Positions 60,410-64,000 of a DNA stretch of 64,000 bases are shown piece by piece; the stretch's first letter is position 1, and every line of letters starts with the position of its first letter. The position numbers and the translations under genes were made by a program. The notes under the pieces are model-generated. The model did not search any database and was not told the DNA's origin. It worked only from the letters and a program-made list of their open reading frames with translations. This DNA is from Geopsychrobacteraceae bacterium (GTDB taxonomy: Bacteria; Desulfobacterota; Desulfuromonadia; Desulfuromonadales; Geopsychrobacteraceae), in the NCBI GenBank assembly GCA_963662315.1, contig OY759353.1:288001-352000 (forward strand), read 5' to 3'.

Positions 60410-60466
60410 AATCTCAAAGGCACCAACGGCGATAAGATAAACGCCATCCTGGGCGCATGTGGTTTC
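60410..60466 (+). pseudogene. Tiny remnant of an IS5-family transposase C-terminus
   Basis: Translates as NLKGTNGDKINAILGACGF, resembling the LKGxxGDxxNAxLxAxGxN motif. Confidence 0.55.
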
Positions 60467-60526
60467 TGATAAATAGGGGGGCTTGTTTTCCTTGTTTTCA
60501 ATTTGGCTCTGCCCATGGATGCGTCA

Positions 60527-61025
60527 GCATCGTTGGAAAAAATGAAGCCGTCTGGCGGGCCGGGACCTGGCGATCTTAAGACTTTATTGATGGAATGAGA
60601 CAAGCAAAGTCACGGGGTCGCGCCCCCGCACTGCGCCTTACTATTTTTCACAATCAAGCTAAAAATAGTAAGCACAAAAAGCCCTTTTTAATATGTCCGT
60701 GTTCGGGCGTCGTTGTTTTTCAAGAAACAGCCAGAAATTGACCAGCCGGCCTGACGGCTCACCCCCCGCCTGATGGCCAGAACCGCATTATTGATGGATA
60801 ATGGTTTTAAAAACGAATACCGATAATCCCACGGCATTCCGCACCAACTGACGCCCTTGCCCATTAGCTGCGACAGCAGCGTGGGCTGCCGGTTAATTGC
60901 ACCTGGCAATCTTTAACCGTAGCCCAACACAGCTATCGTCAGTTACCTTGACCTTCAAAGATTTTTTTGATTCGTTTTTTCATCGCTGGAAAAAATGAAT
61001 CCGGCTGCCGGGCCGGGACCCGGCG
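60527..61025 (-). repeat. Inverted copy of the 453-bp structured unit (about 1.1 units)
   Basis: Reverse complement shares all conserved blocks with 21470-22603, e.g. gccgggtcccggcccggcagccgg, cagcccacgctgct and cttactatttttagc...aaaaatagtaaggcgcagtgcggggg. Confidence 0.93.
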
Positions 61026-61207
61026 GTTTTGATGTGATTTTCTGCAGATGGATTCCACAATTTCATACCGAGCCAAGAAGGCCGCCCTTGAAACTCTTGC
61101 TAAACATCTTGACTCAAGCTAAAAAAACACTATCCTCTCCTCTCATTAAAACTTTCCAGATAGTTATTTCTTATAGCAACTTATTTTATCCTTGAGGGGG
61201 GATACCG

Positions 61208-62401
61208 ATGAAACTTGTTGCTGCCAGAGATATTACGGTTGCTGACCTGCCGTATATTTCCAATCCTTTTTTCGCTAAAAACGATGTCCGTGACGCCTAT
61301 TGTGGCGGTTTTACCAGCATTCACAATCTAAACGAATTTGTTCCTTGGCAGTGGCGCAATTATCAACAGGGCCTTGATGAGCTGCTAAAAAAAATTGACA
61401 AGATGGAAGTCTGCCTCGTCTACTCTATGAAGCTCCCCTTCTTGGGGGTCGTCTACTGGCAGCAGGACCCTGACTCCCCAAACAATCCTCAAAAAGGCCG
61501 CTGGGTCGCCAGCCTGTCAGGAATAAACCAATATGCAAACCTGCAGGGAATAGTCTCATCTGCTTACAGTAAAAACATGGTCCCACAAACCCACAGCCAG
61601 CAGAGCTCTTTGCAAAGCAGCACAGCCAAAACGGTGGTCAACCAAGGGTTTGAGAACAGTGTCGAAGGCGGCAGCCGTAAGACTCTGAGTCAGAGACCGG
61701 TGATGGCTAAGCCTGCGGAGGCCGAAAGAGGCGATCACGTATTGCAAGAGGCTACTGCATTTAAGCAAGCTGACTTTGCAAGTACCTACAGCATGCGACT
61801 TTCTCAGACGCCCGCTGAGACAAATGACGTTGTTGGCACAGCGTTGACCGCTGGTGGTTTGAGAACTGGGCTTGGACTTTCGAGGGGGACTGTAGTATCA
61901 TCTTCCGGTGAGAGGGTGGTTCCAGACAACGAAGCTGTGCTTTCTAGGTTGTCACAGCCGGGTGGCTTAGTGGCGACAGAAGGAAATCAAGTCCTTAAGT
62001 TCAATGGAAAGTTGAGCAACCCAACTCACCCGTTATTCAAACATGGCCCAGATGTAACTGACCAATACATTTATGACCGCGTGGCAAATGAATTAGTGGC
62101 AAAAAACCGTACGGGGTTAAGAACGGCGTTTAATGACAGAGCGCAAATGGAGTCAGCTATTTCTGAAACATTTTCGCTTAAGCAAAAAGAAATAAATGCT
62201 TGGATAGCATCAAACCCAAAAGCCGGAATTCCTCGAGCATTCGAAGCGAATCCGGGTATGGGTAACTTAGGGCGAGGTTATGAAGTTACAACAAAGGGTG
62301 GCCCAGTTGTTCCTATTAATCAATCCATGCCAAACGTGAACTTAGTCCTGATACCCGATGGTAAAGGTAGTTTCTTAATTCATACGGCACATCCATTTTA
62401 G
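61208..62401 (+). CDS. Polymorphic toxin with putative C-terminal RNase domain (bacterial RNase A-like CdiA-CT type)
   Basis: C-terminal HPLFKHG...TAFND...INAWI...GRGY...LVL...IHTAHPF; low-complexity linker; small gene immediately downstream. Confidence 0.7.
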   Translation: MKLVAARDITVADLPYISNPFFAKNDVRDAYCGGFTSIHNLNEFVPWQWRNYQQGLDELLKKIDKMEVCLVYSMKLPFLGVVYWQQDPDSPNNPQKGRWVASLSGINQYANLQGIVSSAYSKNMVPQTHSQQSSLQSSTAKTVVNQGFENSVEGGSRKTLSQRPVMAKPAEAERGDHVLQEATAFKQADFASTYSMRLSQTPAETNDVVGTALTAGGLRTGLGLSRGTVVSSSGERVVPDNEAVLSRLSQPGGLVATEGNQVLKFNGKLSNPTHPLFKHGPDVTDQYIYDRVANELVAKNRTGLRTAFNDRAQMESAISETFSLKQKEINAWIASNPKAGIPRAFEANPGMGNLGRGYEVTTKGGPVVPINQSMPNVNLVLIPDGKGSFLIHTAHPF

Positions 62402-62412
62402 GAAAATAATTA

Positions 62413-62715
62413 ATGATAGGTGAAGATTTTGATTGGCGATCAGCACTGCTGCAACTATTTTCGGCAACAGTTAATCAGCAAACCTTGGAGGAGGCTGCTG
62501 AGTTGATGGTGTCAGTAAGTGCTACTGATAAAAATTATCATGAAGAGTGCATGTTTACACTGGAACAAGCTGTGCAAGCAGCCGAAAGTGGAGACGAATC
62601 TATTAAAGACTACATCAATAAGAGCGGTTATCAGGTCGGAAATCTTTGTGATGCAGTAGAACTTTTGAATGACTTTCACCATGTCTATTCCGAGGAGTAT
62701 GCACGAAATTCATAG
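62413..62715 (+). CDS. Putative cognate immunity protein
   Basis: 100-aa acidic ORF 11 bp after the toxin stop. Confidence 0.65.
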   Translation: MIGEDFDWRSALLQLFSATVNQQTLEEAAELMVSVSATDKNYHEECMFTLEQAVQAAESGDESIKDYINKSGYQVGNLCDAVELLNDFHHVYSEEYARNS

Positions 62716-62722
62716 TGGCTGA

Positions 62723-63130
62723 GAGTTTTATGTTGTTCCAAACAAAAACTTCGATGTTTTAAATCAATCTGGACGTACAGAACTGGATGCAAATGGTTTC
62801 TACAGAACGGAAGGTCTTAGCACTCATTCGTCTATGGCAGAACTTATGGAAACGGGAGCACTGCCGGGTAGTAAAGGTGTAACTCTTACTGACCGGATGG
62901 CGAGATTCGGAGATGTCTACGATTTAGGACGTTTGGACGGTAGGAATATTGAGTTCTCATTAGTGACCGAAAGAGTCGAAGGAAAATTAATTAAAAGGCT
63001 TTATAGCGGTAATGCTTGGACGAGTCCTGTCCCTAGAGATTCAAGATTAATTGGCCACGGTCATCCGAATGAAACTGCAACCCAACTCTGGCCTTCTCCG
63101 GGCGATATGAATACGGTCAATGCCAGGGTA
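62723..63130 (+). pseudogene. Orphan toxin C-terminal module with JAB/MPN-like motif, 3'-truncated
   Basis: Frame open from 62723 (EFYVVPNKN...) with no start codon before the internal ATG at 62834; IEF...HGHPN...PSPGD; runs into the tandem 22-mer. Confidence 0.6.
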
Positions 63131-63135
63131 AAACT

Positions 63136-63180
63136 AGTACCACAAAGGGGACGCTCTAAGTACCACAAAGGGGACGCTCT
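63136..63180. repeat. Tandem 22-bp duplication near the RAYT 3' end
   Basis: agtaccacaaaggggacgctct at 63136-63157 and 63159-63180. Confidence 0.9.
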
Positions 63181-63214
63181 TAAAAGCTTAACTCATCGTG
63201 TATGACAGCACAGT

Positions 63215-64000
63215 CTACAGTTCGGGATACTCTGCCAGCAATTTTTTCCCGCGCCTTGCCGCAATCGTGACCCCAGAGCCAGTAATACCAAGGCGTCGTG
63301 CTATGTCAACACCTCGATGACCGCTTGCAAAGGCTTTATGGCAGATAATGCTTCTGGTGTTGGCAATCTGTTGCGAGCGACTCTGCGATGTCAGCTCTGT
63401 TATCGACAGGCCAGTTTTGGCACAAACCTGCTTAACGATCTCGTCCAAGGAGAGTTCTGCAACAGACGGTTTTTCTTCCACTTGCTGCAGGAGTTGTTCA
63501 ACAAAATCTCCGCGCCCCAAGACCCGCGCATCCCGAAAATTATCTTCCGGTTGTTCCGCCGCTGCCTGGCGTCGCTGCGAGCCGGAACCAACTAGATCGT
63601 TTCTGTGCCCCATGGCGATGCCATCTGCAACAAAAGTACAGTAACCTTGACGTGAAGTTTTCATGGTTTCACCAAACCGCGCCAGCACTTCGGTTGTCAC
63701 TTGTCCCGGCAGGGTTCGTTGACCGAGCAACACAGAGTGTCCGCACCACGGATAAAGATCCAGTTCTTCAAGGGTTGAGATGATTCCTGCACGTAGCGGA
63801 TTCAGGTGGATGTAACGCACCAGTTCCAGCAGATACTCTTCTTCGTCACAGACAATCGATTTATAACGATTCTGGAAAAGATGGCCGGAACGTTGATGCC
63901 GGTGGTTGAAGGTGACAGCGTAACCGGTCAAGAGTCGCCGCATGAATTTAGCCAGAGGAGTCGAATGTGGGCAGAATAAAAGATGGACGTGGTTGTCGAG
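63215..64000 (-). CDS. REP-associated tyrosine (HUH/Y1) transposase with C-terminal DnaA-like HTH, 5'-truncated by window edge
   Basis: Frame open to 64000: LDNHVHLL (HUH), FNHRHQRSGHLFQNRYKS, LVRYIHLNP (catalytic Tyr), YPWCGH. Confidence 0.92.
   Translation of the reverse strand, partial: LDNHVHLLFCPHSTPLAKFMRRLLTGYAVTFNHRHQRSGHLFQNRYKSIVCDEEEYLLELVRYIHLNPLRAGIISTLEELDLYPWCGHSVLLGQRTLPGQVTTEVLARFGETMKTSRQGYCTFVADGIAMGHRNDLVGSGSQRRQAAAEQPEDNFRDARVLGRGDFVEQLLQQVEEKPSVAELSLDEIVKQVCAKTGLSITELTSQSRSQQIANTRSIICHKAFASGHRGVDIARRLGITGSGVTIAARRGKKLLAEYPEL

Overview
This 64-kb window is bacterial chromosomal DNA; gene content (GEMM-I riboswitch before an MCP, sigma-54/PAS regulators, HDOD signalling) suggests a Desulfuromonadales-like deltaproteobacterium (inference). 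(1) 1-19 kb is a mosaic defence/accessory region. It holds a truncated SBD/HNH-like gene, a Zn-phospholipase C-like plus lipoprotein pair between 43-bp direct repeats, an intact IS110-family (IS1111-type) element and a Dcm-Vsr-MORC-Z1-DUF4420-AIPR restriction-like operon. It ends in a cassette-like stretch whose genes are separated by palindromic repeats. The IS110 right end contains a readable bridge/seek RNA whose four guide segments match the element's own target flanks and donor junction. (2) 19-28 kb has mixed genes, a 453-bp structured non-coding unit in tandem (with an inverted copy at about 60.5-61 kb), and tRNA-Leu(CAA). (3) 28-50 kb is mostly core metabolism and signalling: pabB/pabC-like genes, a TRAP-larA-lutA-lutBC lactate operon, an OrpR-like sigma-54 activator with a NifU-Mrp fusion, and an HK/HDOD cluster. 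(4) 50-64 kb is accessory again: IS3 inserted in a terminator, OmpA, an MCP under an A20-type GEMM-I riboswitch, a MITE, an orphan contractile sheath+tube pair, a polymorphic toxin-immunity-orphan toxin locus and a RAYT/HUH transposase. All calls come from reading motifs by eye; no database searches or folding programs were run.
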